From the NCBI GenBank assembly GCA_965221125.1, contig CBDCRW010000005.1:128001-192000 (forward strand): a stretch of DNA of 64,000 nt, written 5' to 3'. Positions 10,375 to 19,543 of the stretch are shown one piece after another. Position 1 is the first letter of the stretch; every line of letters begins with the position of its first letter. The notes beneath the pieces were generated by a model, which ran no database searches, was not told the origin of the DNA, and saw nothing but the letters and a program-made list of their open reading frames with translations. This DNA is from Alphaproteobacteria bacterium. Its GTDB lineage: Bacteria > Pseudomonadota > Alphaproteobacteria > UBA828. The translations under genes and the position numbers were made by a program.

Positions 10375-12027
10375 CTAACCCACGGAGGTCGGGGCGAGGC
10401 GGGAGAGCTTGCGCGTCTCGGCGGTGATGACGTCGACCACCGCCGGCTGGCCGTCGCGGGTTGCGCGAATGCCGCGCTCCAGCGCGGGGCGCAACGCAGT
10501 GGGCTCGGTCACCGTCTCGGCGTGGCAGCCGAGGCTCGCCGCGATGGTCGCGTAGTCCCCCTGCTGCCTGTTGGCCTCGAAGCGCGCCGAAGCCTCGGGG
10601 ATGTTGCGGTCGTAGCCCGAAAAGATCGAATCGTGCTTGATCACGGTGAGGATGGGGATGTCGTTGCGGGACGCGGTCTCCCAATCCATGCCCGTCATGC
10701 CGACCGAGGCGTCGCCCATCACGTTCACCACCAGCTTGTCGGGGTTCGCGAGCTTGGCCCCCATGGCGAGGCCGAGCGAGAAACCCAATTGCGAGGACTG
10801 CCCCCAGCCGAGGTAGCTGCGCGGCGGGCCGGACTCATAGAACACGCTCTGGATGTCCCGCGAGGCGCCGGACTCGTGGGTGAGCATGGAGGTCTCCGGG
10901 TCGAGCACCGACCACAGCTCGCGCATCATGCGGTAGCCGTTGATCGGCGCGGACTCGTCGGCGAAGAGCGGCTCGTACTCGGCCTGCCACGCGGCCTTGA
11001 TGCGGGCGACGGTGTCCGCGGTCTCGGCCCTCCGCTCGGCCCTCCCGTCCCCCACATGGCGCCGCAGCTCGGCGGCAAGCTGGCCCAGGAAGAGCTTGGC
11101 GTCGGCCACGATGCCGACCGCCGTCTCGTACTCCTTGTTGATGTCGATGGCGTCGTTGGTCGCGTGGACGAGCGTCTTGCCGTCGGGCACGATCGGCGTG
11201 AACGGCGCCCGCGTGAGGCTGGAGCCCACCACAAGCATCGCGTCCGACGCCTGCAGGTAGTGCGCGGCCATGGCGGTGGTCGACAGCGCGCCGACGCCGG
11301 CGGCCAGCGGGTGCGCCTCGGGGAACGCGCTCTTGCCCTGCAGCGTCGTCATCACCGGCGCGCCGAGCAGTTCCGCGACCTCGCGCAGCTCGTCGCTCGC
11401 CTCCGCCCAGAGCACGCCCTGGCCGGCCCAGATCAGCGGCGTCTCGGCCGCGAGCAGGCGCTCGGCAGCCTCCCGCACCGCGCCGTCGTCGGCCGCAGAG
11501 CGCAGCCGCCGCACCGGCGTGTATTCGGGCGCGCCGTTCACCTCCGCCTTGCACACGTCGCCCGGCAGCTCCAGCATCACCGGCTGCGGCCGGCCGGAGC
11601 GGAGCGCCGTGAAGGCCTGGCGCAGCTTGATCGGCATGTGGTCGGCGGCCAGCACCTTCTGCGCCATCTTGGTCGTCGCCGCGTAGTTGGCCTTGCTGTC
11701 GAAGGTGGGCGGCTGGTCGACGTAGGAGGTGCCGGGGTGGCCGGGGAGGAAGAGCACCGGCGATGAATCCGTGTGCGCCTGGGCGACGCCGGCAAAGGCG
11801 TTCTCCGACCCCGCCAGCGCCTGGACGGTGAAGACGCCGATCTCGCGGCCGTTGGTGGAGCGCGAGACGCCGTCAGCCATGTTGCCGGCGACGCGCTCCT
11901 GCCGCGTGGTGATGACGCGCAGCCCGGCTCGCGCCACCGCCTCGATGATGGGCGTCATGGGGAAGCAGAGGCACTGGCGGACGCCTTCCGCCTGCAGGAT
12001 TTTCACCAGTAGATCGGCGCCGGTCAT
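10375..12027 (-). CDS. Thiamine diphosphate-dependent enzyme (acetolactate synthase-like)
   Basis: RQERVAGNMADG (catalytic Glu), TTLQGKSAFPE, VMGDASVGMTGMD. Confidence 0.87.
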   Translation of the reverse strand: MTGADLLVKILQAEGVRQCLCFPMTPIIEAVARAGLRVITTRQERVAGNMADGVSRSTNGREIGVFTVQALAGSENAFAGVAQAHTDSSPVLFLPGHPGTSYVDQPPTFDSKANYAATTKMAQKVLAADHMPIKLRQAFTALRSGRPQPVMLELPGDVCKAEVNGAPEYTPVRRLRSAADDGAVREAAERLLAAETPLIWAGQGVLWAEASDELREVAELLGAPVMTTLQGKSAFPEAHPLAAGVGALSTTAMAAHYLQASDAMLVVGSSLTRAPFTPIVPDGKTLVHATNDAIDINKEYETAVGIVADAKLFLGQLAAELRRHVGDGRAERRAETADTVARIKAAWQAEYEPLFADESAPINGYRMMRELWSVLDPETSMLTHESGASRDIQSVFYESGPPRSYLGWGQSSQLGFSLGLAMGAKLANPDKLVVNVMGDASVGMTGMDWETASRNDIPILTVIKHDSIFSGYDRNIPEASARFEANRQQGDYATIAASLGCHAETVTEPTALRPALERGIRATRDGQPAVVDVITAETRKLSRLAPTSVG

Positions 12028-12068
12028 GCTCGTCTCCCCACTACCCGTGTTCGGTTGTCCGCGTGCGC

Positions 12069-12938
12069 TCAGAGTTCCGCCAGCGCCTCGATGCCGTTCA
12101 GATCCGGCGCCGTGCTGCCGCCGGGATCGAGCGGCTGGATGCAGACGTGGCTCGCGCCGGCATCGAAATGCTCCCGGATGCGCGCGCGCACGGCCTCCGG
12201 CTTGCCCCAGGCGACCATGGCGTCGAGAAAGCGGTCGCTGCCGCGCTCGCCCAGCTCGTCCTCGCCGAAGCCCAGGCTCAGCCAGTTGTTGCGGTAGTTC
12301 GTGAGCGGCATGTAGATGGCGAGCGTTTGCGCGGCGACGTTGCGCGCAGTCGATGCGTCCGGGGTGACGCACACCTTCTGCTCGACGCAGAGCCAGGCGT
12401 CCGGCCCCATGATCTCGCGCGCCCGCGCGGTGTGCTCGGGCGTGACGTTATAGGGATGCGCGCCCCGCGTGCGCTCGGTGGCCAGCGCCAGCATGCGGGG
12501 GCCCAAAGCCGCGAGCACCACGTTCCGCTCCTGCGGCGGCATGGCAAGCTCGGCGGCATCCATGACATCGAGGTAGGCGCGCATGGTCGCCACCGGCTTC
12601 GCATAGGTGTGGCCGCGAAAACCCTCCACCAGCGGCACGTGGGAGACGCCGAGGCCGAGCACGAAGCGGTCGCCGTAGAAGTGGTTGAGCGTGTCGTGGC
12701 CCGCGATCGCGGCCACGGCGTCGCGCGCGTAGATGTTGGCGATGCCGCTCGCGGCGCAGAGCCGCTCCGTCTCCGACAGCACGAGGCCGGCGAAGCCGAA
12801 GCTCTCGAAGCCCGTGCCCTCGGGATACCAGAGCGCGTCGTAACCCAGGGCTTCCGCCCGCTGCGCCCAGGTCGCGACCTCGCGCGCCGACGGCGAGTCC
12901 GGAAAGATCCACACCCCGCGCCTGCCCAGCTCCTTCAT
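12069..12938 (-). CDS. Luciferase-like (LLM) oxidoreductase, probably F420-dependent (TIGR03620-like)
   Basis: AEALGYDALW, SGIANIYAR, RFVLGLGVSH, LAALGPRML, GAHPY, AGASHVCIQ. Confidence 0.8.
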   Translation of the reverse strand: MKELGRRGVWIFPDSPSAREVATWAQRAEALGYDALWYPEGTGFESFGFAGLVLSETERLCAASGIANIYARDAVAAIAGHDTLNHFYGDRFVLGLGVSHVPLVEGFRGHTYAKPVATMRAYLDVMDAAELAMPPQERNVVLAALGPRMLALATERTRGAHPYNVTPEHTARAREIMGPDAWLCVEQKVCVTPDASTARNVAAQTLAIYMPLTNYRNNWLSLGFGEDELGERGSDRFLDAMVAWGKPEAVRARIREHFDAGASHVCIQPLDPGGSTAPDLNGIEALAEL

Positions 12939-13022
12939 GCCGCGCCTCTCCCTGGCAATCGCCCAACCGGTGCGCCGGAACCTAGCACGGATCGCCGACC
13001 GATGGCCCAGGGCGGCGGTGGC

Positions 13023-15112
13023 CAGGAACATTTTTTAGTCATGGCTGAGAGGGCGGGATGACCGAGAGCGGGCAGGCTTGGGCCGATGAAGGTCCTGGCC
13101 GAGCTTGGCTGGGCGGCTGCATGGGGTCCGCGGGGGCCGGTAGGGCTCGGTTTTCGGGCTCGCCGGGCAAAGCGATCCCGCCGCGCCGTTCGACGGCGCG
13201 TCCCGTCGCGCTCTGCGACGCGGTTACGCCCGCAGGATCATGCAGCGGGCGCGATCAGGATCGCGTCGAGAGCCTCCTGGGCGCGGGCGGCATAATGCCG
13301 GTTGGCCTCGGGCAGGAAGCGGAAGCGCCCGTCGCAGCGCACGATGGCGATGGCCGCGTTGGTCAGGCAGGAGAGATTGCGCGGCAGGTGGCGCACGTAC
13401 GCCCGGCAGCGGTCTTCGTCATAGGTGAAGTCGCGCACGTAGTGCAGCCGGTTCTCGATGTGCCAGTGATTGCGGACCAGAGCCAGAAGCTCCTCGGGCC
13501 CGGCGCGGTCTGCGCCGAGCGAGGTCAGGCTCCAGGTCACCTCGACGCTGCGCTCGCCGGTCTTGAGGATCTCGCGCTCGCGTTCGATGCGCATCGCCTG
13601 GCGGCGTCCGTGAAGGTTGGCGTAGCCGTCCCATTCGGCAGCGGAGAGGTCGACGACGGCGCAGCGGCGGCGCTCGATGCGGCCATGGCCCTTGTCGACG
13701 GTTTCGTGCCAGGGCGCGTCGGAGAAGTCGATCGCCTTGAGGTCTTCGAGGATGGTCTCCTGATTGTCCTTCACCGCGGTGACCACGTAGTCGGCGCGAC
13801 GCCCGAGCAGGCAGCGCGCGGTCTCGTGCTGGGCGTGCATCGCATCGAGGGTGACGGTCCGGCCTGCGAGGTCGAGACTGCTGGAGAGTTCGCGCACGGC
13901 GGGGATCTCGTTGCTCTTTCTATCGACCTCGACCTGTCCCAGGACCATGCCGGTCTTGTGCACCAGCGCCGCGACCATCATGCGCCGCCCGTCTTCGGTC
14001 TGCTTCGAGGCGCCGCGCAGGTCCTTTCCGTCCATGGCGACCGGGGCGTGCGCGCCGTCGTGCTGGCCGGTCCACCGGCCGATGGCGTTGTCCAGCGTCT
14101 CCGGCGGCAGGGCGGCGAGGATGTTGTGGAAGGTGGTGATCGCGGGCGCGGTGTAGCGCTTCTTCGAAGGGCTCCAGAACGCGCCGACCGCCTCGAGCTG
14201 CTCCTGCGAGAGCAGGGCGGCGAACTGGGCGAAGGCTGTCGAGCCCCGGTAGCCGGCAAGGCGGGCGGCGACGGCAACCGCCAGCACGGTCTTCAAGGGA
14301 TAGCGCTTGCCCCGGGCATGGCGGCACTCGGGCACCTCGCCCAGGCACTCGAACAGGCTGCGCAGCCGGGGCGCCGTCATCGGCTCGCTGTGTTGCTCGG
14401 CGTTCCAGTTCGCCGGGATCTCGGCCCGGCTCAGCGCTTCGGCGGCGCCATCGCTAAGTTCGAACACGAAGACCTCCTTGGGCTGGCCGTGGTGGCGCCA
14501 GCGCGGAGCAGCTCCGGGGTCACGGGCAAAGCCGCGCGTCATCCCCAGCGAGCGCCAGTTCGACGCGCGGTAGCAGGTGCCGGCGAAGCGCGCGGGATCG
14601 ACGAAGGTCTCGGCCAGGAGCGCCGGGTATCCATGCACCGCCTGGGTGTCCGCAGACAGCCGCCGCAGGCTCAGCCCCAGAACCCGCGAGGCCAGGTTGG
14701 GAACCCGCTCAGGCGTCAGGATCACGAAGCGCGAGTTGTTCGCGATCAGATGCAGGCGCCGGAACTGCTGCTCCGCCGACCAGCCGATCCAGCGGTCGCG
14801 CGCGGCCAGCTTGAACGCGCCCGGCTGCCAGCCGATCAGGGCGAGCCAGGTCTCGCCATGCACCGCGACATGGCGCAGCCCCTTGCCGACGACGCCGTGG
14901 AATCGCAGGTAGTGGTGCTCCTCCACCAGCCGGTCCCAGCGCCGGTGCTCCCGCGCGCCCCAGGTCGGGCGCACCGTGACCGCACGCAGATCAATGGACG
15001 AATCCAGGCCCGGCAACGTCGCCATGGCCGCTACACTGCCACAGCGAAAACGAAATGACCAGCGCCGCGATCACCTCACGCCGCTCGCCGGGCGGACAAA
15101 AAACGAGCCCTG
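13023..15112 (-). mobile_element. ISAs1-family insertion sequence, about 2.09 kb
   Basis: Exact 10-bp direct repeat CGGCGGTGGC at 13013-13022 and 15113-15122. Imperfect terminal IRs CAGGAACATTTTTTAGTC / CAGGGCTCGTTTTTTGTC. Confidence 0.88.
13238..15025 (-). CDS. ISAs1-family DDE transposase fused to an N-terminal DUF4338 (Mom-like) domain
   Basis: C-terminal half: R..RGKRYPL, AMDGKDLRG, KSNEIPA, VTLDAMHAQ, KGHGRIERR, RNHWHIENRLHYVRDFTYDED. N-terminal part: HHYL, RDRWIGW, IANNSRFVIL, NLASRVL, ETFVD, GTCYRASNW..G.TRG. Confidence 0.88.
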   Translation of the reverse strand: MATLPGLDSSIDLRAVTVRPTWGAREHRRWDRLVEEHHYLRFHGVVGKGLRHVAVHGETWLALIGWQPGAFKLAARDRWIGWSAEQQFRRLHLIANNSRFVILTPERVPNLASRVLGLSLRRLSADTQAVHGYPALLAETFVDPARFAGTCYRASNWRSLGMTRGFARDPGAAPRWRHHGQPKEVFVFELSDGAAEALSRAEIPANWNAEQHSEPMTAPRLRSLFECLGEVPECRHARGKRYPLKTVLAVAVAARLAGYRGSTAFAQFAALLSQEQLEAVGAFWSPSKKRYTAPAITTFHNILAALPPETLDNAIGRWTGQHDGAHAPVAMDGKDLRGASKQTEDGRRMMVAALVHKTGMVLGQVEVDRKSNEIPAVRELSSSLDLAGRTVTLDAMHAQHETARCLLGRRADYVVTAVKDNQETILEDLKAIDFSDAPWHETVDKGHGRIERRRCAVVDLSAAEWDGYANLHGRRQAMRIEREREILKTGERSVEVTWSLTSLGADRAGPEELLALVRNHWHIENRLHYVRDFTYDEDRCRAYVRHLPRNLSCLTNAAIAIVRCDGRFRFLPEANRHYAARAQEALDAILIAPAA

Positions 15113-15139
15113 CGGCGGTGGCGGCTATGCTTGCCGCCC

Positions 15140-15285
15140 TAGAGCGTTTCCGTTTTGCACGGAAACGCTCTATGAATTTTTCGCTCACGGCAGTCGGCCT
15201 ACGGCCGACGCCTCCGCGAGGGCGCCGCATACGCGGCGGGCCGCGGTCGCGGCCTATCGCGCGTCCGTGCATGTCGGACGCGCTC
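15140..15285 (+). repeat. Repeat family A copy 2
   Basis: Same hairpin and core as 10209-10354. Confidence 0.92.
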
Positions 15286-15310
15286 TGGGAGAGGCAGAAG
15301 GAGGCGACGC

Positions 15311-15679
15311 ATGGCAGGCGAGACGGCGGCCCACCACGACCGGGACAAGATCTACCTCGAGCGCTTCGACAGGCAGCTCCGCGCGCATCTCAGGACCCTG
15401 GTCACGCCGGCGCTCATCGAGGAGTACCGCGCGAACCCGCTCGGCCAGCATTCGGGCGACCTGGAGCGCGTGCTGAACTACTTCCGCCGCGCGCCTTTCG
15501 AGGGCAAGTACGTGCTCTTCGAGCTGGAGGCCAACGCCAAGTACAAGATCGTGACCACCACGGCGAAGGAGGGCGGCCTGCCGCAAGACGCGGACGGCAC
15601 GGTCTACACCGACAAGAACGAGGCGCTCCACGCGGTCTTCCTCAAGCGGGTGGACGCGCTGATGGCGAGCGGTTCCTGA
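15311..15679 (+). CDS. N,N-dimethylformamidase small-subunit-like protein
   Basis: IEEYRANPLGQHSGDLERVLNYFR and EALHAVFLKR; directly upstream of the large subunit; GGAGG RBS. Confidence 0.75.
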   Translation: MAGETAAHHDRDKIYLERFDRQLRAHLRTLVTPALIEEYRANPLGQHSGDLERVLNYFRRAPFEGKYVLFELEANAKYKIVTTTAKEGGLPQDADGTVYTDKNEALHAVFLKRVDALMASGS

Positions 15680-15697
15680 AGGCCGGGGGATAAGGCG

Positions 15698-17983
15698 ATG
15701 ACGGAGATTCATCTGGCAGGCTACTGCGACCGCTTCAGCGCGCGGCCGGGCGAGCGGCTCGACATCATGGTGAGCGCGGAGGGCACGGATGAGGCGGCGG
15801 TCCAGCTCGTGCGCCTGATCCACGGCGACGAGAACCCGGAGGGCCCGGGCTTCGTCGAGCGCGAGGTGGACGCGGCGGTGAACGGGACCCACGCCGTCGC
15901 CAAGCAGCACACGCAATTGGGGAGCTTCGTCCGCGTCGCGGACCCGGACGGCAGGCTCGCGCCTTCCAGTCCCTTCACGCTCTGGGCCTACATCTGGGCG
16001 CGGACGCCGGCGCAAGGCCGCCAGGGCATCCTCACCCGCTGGCAGGAGGCCGACGGCTGCGGCTACGCGCTGGAAATCGGCGAGGACGGCGCGCTGGCGT
16101 TCCGCGCAGGCGACGGCGCGGCCACGGACTCGCTCTCGGCTGACGTTCCGCTCATCGCGCGCCAGTGGTACCTGGTGGCGGCGTCATATGATCCCGCGAG
16201 CGGCGAGGCCACGCTCTACCAGGAGCCGGTCGAGAACCGCTACAGCAACCACCTCTCCAAGATCGTGCCGCTCGAGCGTTCCTGCCACGCGAGCGGGCGG
16301 CTCGGCGTCGCGCCGGCGGCGGCGGACGCGGACTTTCTCTGGGCCGCCGCGGGCGACCGCGCGGCCGGGCGGGGCCCGTTCGCGAGCTGCCTATACAACG
16401 GCAAGATCGACCGCGCGGGCGTCGCCGGCACGGTGCTGAACCGGCGCGCGCTGGACGGGGCGCGGGCAGCGGGCGGCGCACCGGCAACCGATGCCGTGCT
16501 CGCTGCCTGGGACACCACGGAAGGCTACAGCGCGACCGGCATCGGCGACACGGTCGTCGACACCGGCCCCCACGGCCTCCACGGCGCGGGCGTCAACCGC
16601 CCGGTGCGGGGCATGACCGGCTTCAACTGGAGCGGCCACGAGGACTGCTTCCGCCACGCGCCCGCACAGTTCGGCGGCATCGAGTTCCACGAGGACGCGC
16701 TCGCCGACTGCGGCTGGCAGCCCACCATCTCCATGAAGGTGCCGGACGTGAAGAGCGGCGTCTACGCCGCGCGCCTCACGGCGGGCGATGCGGTGGAGCA
16801 CGTGGTCTTCTTCCTCCGCCCGAAGCAGCCCACCGCGCCCATCGCCATGCTGATGCCCACCTGCAGCTACCTGGCCTACGCCAACGAGCGCATCGGTCTC
16901 GCCACCGGCATCGCCCAGGTGCTGAGCAGCCAGGTGACGGTGATCCACGAGTGGGACCTGGAGCTGCGCAAGCGGCCGGAGTACGGCGCCTCCTGCTACG
17001 ACAGCCACCGCGACGGGGCGGGCGTGTGCTACTCCACGCGGCTCCGGCCGATCCTCAACATGCGCCCCCGCCACCGCATGGCGCCCACCGTCGTGCCCTG
17101 GCAGTTCCCGGCCGATCTCTCGATCATCTACTGGCTCGAGACCATGGGCTACGACTACGACGTGATCACCGACGAGGACCTGCACCAGGAGGGGCTCGCC
17201 TGCCTCGAGCCCTACAACGTCGTCATCAACGCCACCCACGCCGAGTACTATTCCGAGCGCATGATGAACGCGACCGAGGACTACCTCGCGTCCGGCGGCA
17301 GGCTCATGTACCTCTCCGGCAACGGCTACTACTGGGTCGTCTCCTTCCGCGACGGCGACATGGACGTGATGGAGGTGCGCCGGCTCGACATGGGCACGCG
17401 GGCCTGGAACGCCGAGCCCGGCGAGCACTACATGGTGAGCAACGGGGAGCGCGGCGGCCTCTGGCGCGGGCGCGGGCGGGCGCCCCAGAAGCTGCTCGGC
17501 ACCGGGTTCACCTCCGAGGGCATGGACGAATCCAAGCCCTACCGCAAGATGCCGGATGCCGACAACCCGGCGGCCTCGTGGATCTTCGACGGGATCGACG
17601 GCGACATCATCGGCGACGCGGGGCTCGGCATCGGCGGCGCCGCCGGCATCGAGTTCGACCGTTACGACCTCGCCCTCGGCACCCCGCCGCACACGCTGAT
17701 CCTCGCCTCCTCCGAGGGCCATTCGGACAACTTCCCGCTCGTGGTGGAGGACATCCTCTGCAACTACCCCGGCATGGGCGGTACGCAGGACCACCGCGTG
17801 CGCGCGGACATGACCTACTTCACGACGCCGGGGGACGGCGCGGTGTGGTCCGCCAGCTCCATCGCCTGGGGCCAGGCGCTCCCCATCAACGCCTGCGACA
17901 ACAGCGCGTCGCGGGTCACCGCCAACGTGTTGAACGCGTTCATGAAGGATGGGCCTTTGCCGGGGGTTGGGGGTAAGGAATGA
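15698..17983 (+). CDS. N,N-dimethylformamidase large (beta) subunit family protein
   Basis: LVRLIHGDENPEGPG, LamG-like region, YLAYANE, YDSHRDG, THAEYYS, LSGNGYYW, GIEFDR, RADMTYF. Confidence 0.85.
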   Translation: MTEIHLAGYCDRFSARPGERLDIMVSAEGTDEAAVQLVRLIHGDENPEGPGFVEREVDAAVNGTHAVAKQHTQLGSFVRVADPDGRLAPSSPFTLWAYIWARTPAQGRQGILTRWQEADGCGYALEIGEDGALAFRAGDGAATDSLSADVPLIARQWYLVAASYDPASGEATLYQEPVENRYSNHLSKIVPLERSCHASGRLGVAPAAADADFLWAAAGDRAAGRGPFASCLYNGKIDRAGVAGTVLNRRALDGARAAGGAPATDAVLAAWDTTEGYSATGIGDTVVDTGPHGLHGAGVNRPVRGMTGFNWSGHEDCFRHAPAQFGGIEFHEDALADCGWQPTISMKVPDVKSGVYAARLTAGDAVEHVVFFLRPKQPTAPIAMLMPTCSYLAYANERIGLATGIAQVLSSQVTVIHEWDLELRKRPEYGASCYDSHRDGAGVCYSTRLRPILNMRPRHRMAPTVVPWQFPADLSIIYWLETMGYDYDVITDEDLHQEGLACLEPYNVVINATHAEYYSERMMNATEDYLASGGRLMYLSGNGYYWVVSFRDGDMDVMEVRRLDMGTRAWNAEPGEHYMVSNGERGGLWRGRGRAPQKLLGTGFTSEGMDESKPYRKMPDADNPAASWIFDGIDGDIIGDAGLGIGGAAGIEFDRYDLALGTPPHTLILASSEGHSDNFPLVVEDILCNYPGMGGTQDHRVRADMTYFTTPGDGAVWSASSIAWGQALPINACDNSASRVTANVLNAFMKDGPLPGVGGKE

Positions 17984-18050
17984 GTGGTTGTGTGGTAGAA
18001 TGACACTGGCCACTCGTGGTGACACTCGATGCGGCGCCAGATTGGATGAA

Positions 18051-18239
18051 ATGAGCACGCTTGGCGACAATCTGATCCGTTCACTTGAGGAAGCAGTGGC
18101 TCATGCCAATGGCGACGGTCCTGGGATTGTCCATAAGCCCAAGACCCCACAACGTTTGAGGACAGGAAACACTCCAGTGAACGCAGTGGGCGCGGTCGAG
18201 GAGACAGACTTATCGTCGTCTGGCAGCTCGGCTCGGTGA
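18051..18239 (+). pseudogene. Truncated antitoxin-like fragment (N-terminus of an XRE/HigA-like protein)
   Basis: MSTLGDNLIRSLEEAVAHA resembles antitoxin N-termini, but no HTH follows. Confidence 0.4.
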
Positions 18240-18311
18240 GTGCGTAAGTACCACACTCCAACCGACTATGTACGTTAGACGACTATCTCTTGCCATTGAG
18301 AGGCAACTGCG

Positions 18312-18956
18312 ATGCGGCACTGCGAGGGAAGCGTACTATCGGCCTTCAGCATAGATCATGCAGCCTCCATTACCGGTCTGTCGAAAGCCCGCTTGACCAA
18401 ATGGGATCGTCTTGGATTTTTTGCTCCAGAATATATCGGTGATGACGACCGCCGTAACCCCTACTCCCGTGTGTATTCGTTTGTAGACCTTGTGGGGCTT
18501 CGAACACTTAAGCTCCTTGCCGACAATTACCGAGTCCCACTTCGTGAACTTCGCACAGCAGCAGAGGAGCTAAGGAAGCGTTCGGATCGTCCCTGGTCCG
18601 AAATCCCGCTCGCCGTATTGAAACGAAGAGTGGTATTTGATCTTGACACGTCGCCTCGAAACGTCACCGACGGCCAATATGCAATCAAACATATTCCGCT
18701 TCAGCCTATCGCTCAAGAAATCAGAGAGCAAGCAGAGAAGCTGCGTCGTCGAGATGCTTCTCAAATTGGACACACTGAAAAACGCAAATTTATTCAGCAC
18801 AATACAGAGGTCATTTCTGGAACAAGAATACCCGTATCTGCAATAGGCAGCTTTATTGACGCAGGATATAGCAATCGCAAAATCCTTAAAGAATATCCAT
18901 CCCTAGCACTGGGTGATATTGAGGCTGTGCGTCAAAGAGCCAAGTCTGCCGCTTAG
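18312..18956 (+). CDS. MerR-like HTH plus DUF433 antitoxin
   Basis: RVYSFVDLVGLR (MerR-like) and ISGTRIPV...G.S..ILKEYPSL (DUF433); markedly lower GC than the flanks. Confidence 0.8.
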   Translation: MRHCEGSVLSAFSIDHAASITGLSKARLTKWDRLGFFAPEYIGDDDRRNPYSRVYSFVDLVGLRTLKLLADNYRVPLRELRTAAEELRKRSDRPWSEIPLAVLKRRVVFDLDTSPRNVTDGQYAIKHIPLQPIAQEIREQAEKLRRRDASQIGHTEKRKFIQHNTEVISGTRIPVSAIGSFIDAGYSNRKILKEYPSLALGDIEAVRQRAKSAA

Positions 18957-18970
18957 CACTATCCGTCCAA

Positions 18971-19354
18971 ATGAAGTTTTTCGCCGACCACAATGTCACA
19001 GAGTCGGTGTGCCGACTTCTGGAAGAGAGGGGGCATGAGGTAGTCCGTCTGAGAGACGAACTTCCTCCGGATTCGCCCGACCCGGTTGTCGCGAAGTACG
19101 CCGAGCAAATAGACGCAGTCTTGATCAGCCATGATCGCGACTTCAGAAAAATTGCTCCTAGAATTCCTCGCGGTGGCAAGGCGAGGTTTCGGAGGCTAAG
19201 TCGAATTCATTTGCAGTGCGACTATCCTGAGGCCGAAAACCGCGTCGCCGCTGCATTGGGTCTCGTGGAATTCGAGTGGAACCTCGCGCAAGAGAGGGCT
19301 GACAAACGTATCCACATTGTCATCCAGAAAACGGGGATCAAGACAAACCGCTGA
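18971..19354 (+). CDS. DUF5615 PIN-like toxin (VapC45-like)
   Basis: MKFFADHNV, L...GHEV, PDPVV..YA, LISHDRDF. Confidence 0.8.
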   Translation: MKFFADHNVTESVCRLLEERGHEVVRLRDELPPDSPDPVVAKYAEQIDAVLISHDRDFRKIAPRIPRGGKARFRRLSRIHLQCDYPEAENRVAAALGLVEFEWNLAQERADKRIHIVIQKTGIKTNR

Positions 19355-19478
19355 TGTGCTAACCCCCGTGCTGCCCCAGCTGAAGCGGCAGATGGGCTTC
19401 TTCATCTGGGTCATCGTTTGGGACGGACCGTTGGGTCGGCGCACGCGAGAGCGTGGGCAAGCCCACACCCCCACCGCT

Positions 19479-19507
19479 TTGAGCACTCCGGCCTCTGCCG
19501 CTATGGT
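19479..19507 (+). promoter_or_regulatory. Sigma70-type promoter for the GS-like gene
   Basis: TTGAGC-N17-TATGGT, 36 nt upstream of ATG 19544. Confidence 0.5.
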
Positions 19508-19543
19508 ATCGCCCCGCGAGGCGGTGAGGGGGAGCTGAGAGGA

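Noticed and set aside
13238-15025. Druantia anti-phage system
   Set aside because: Only a DruA-like domain fused to a transposase; no DruE helicase or other Dru genes are in the window.
15140-15285. Repeat A as a riboswitch for the DMFase genes
   Set aside because: Other copies lie between convergent genes or antisense to the downstream gene, which does not fit a cis-acting leader.
15055-15310. Recurring peptide SLTAxGLRPxPPRGRRIRGGP in several ORFs as a protein repeat
   Set aside because: It is the translation of repeat A in intergenic DNA; no copy sits inside a supported CDS.
19355-19440. Short coding-like stretch (VLPQLKRQMGFFIW) at the islet boundary
   Set aside because: Too short to assign and has no start codon; possibly a gene remnant but unsupported.
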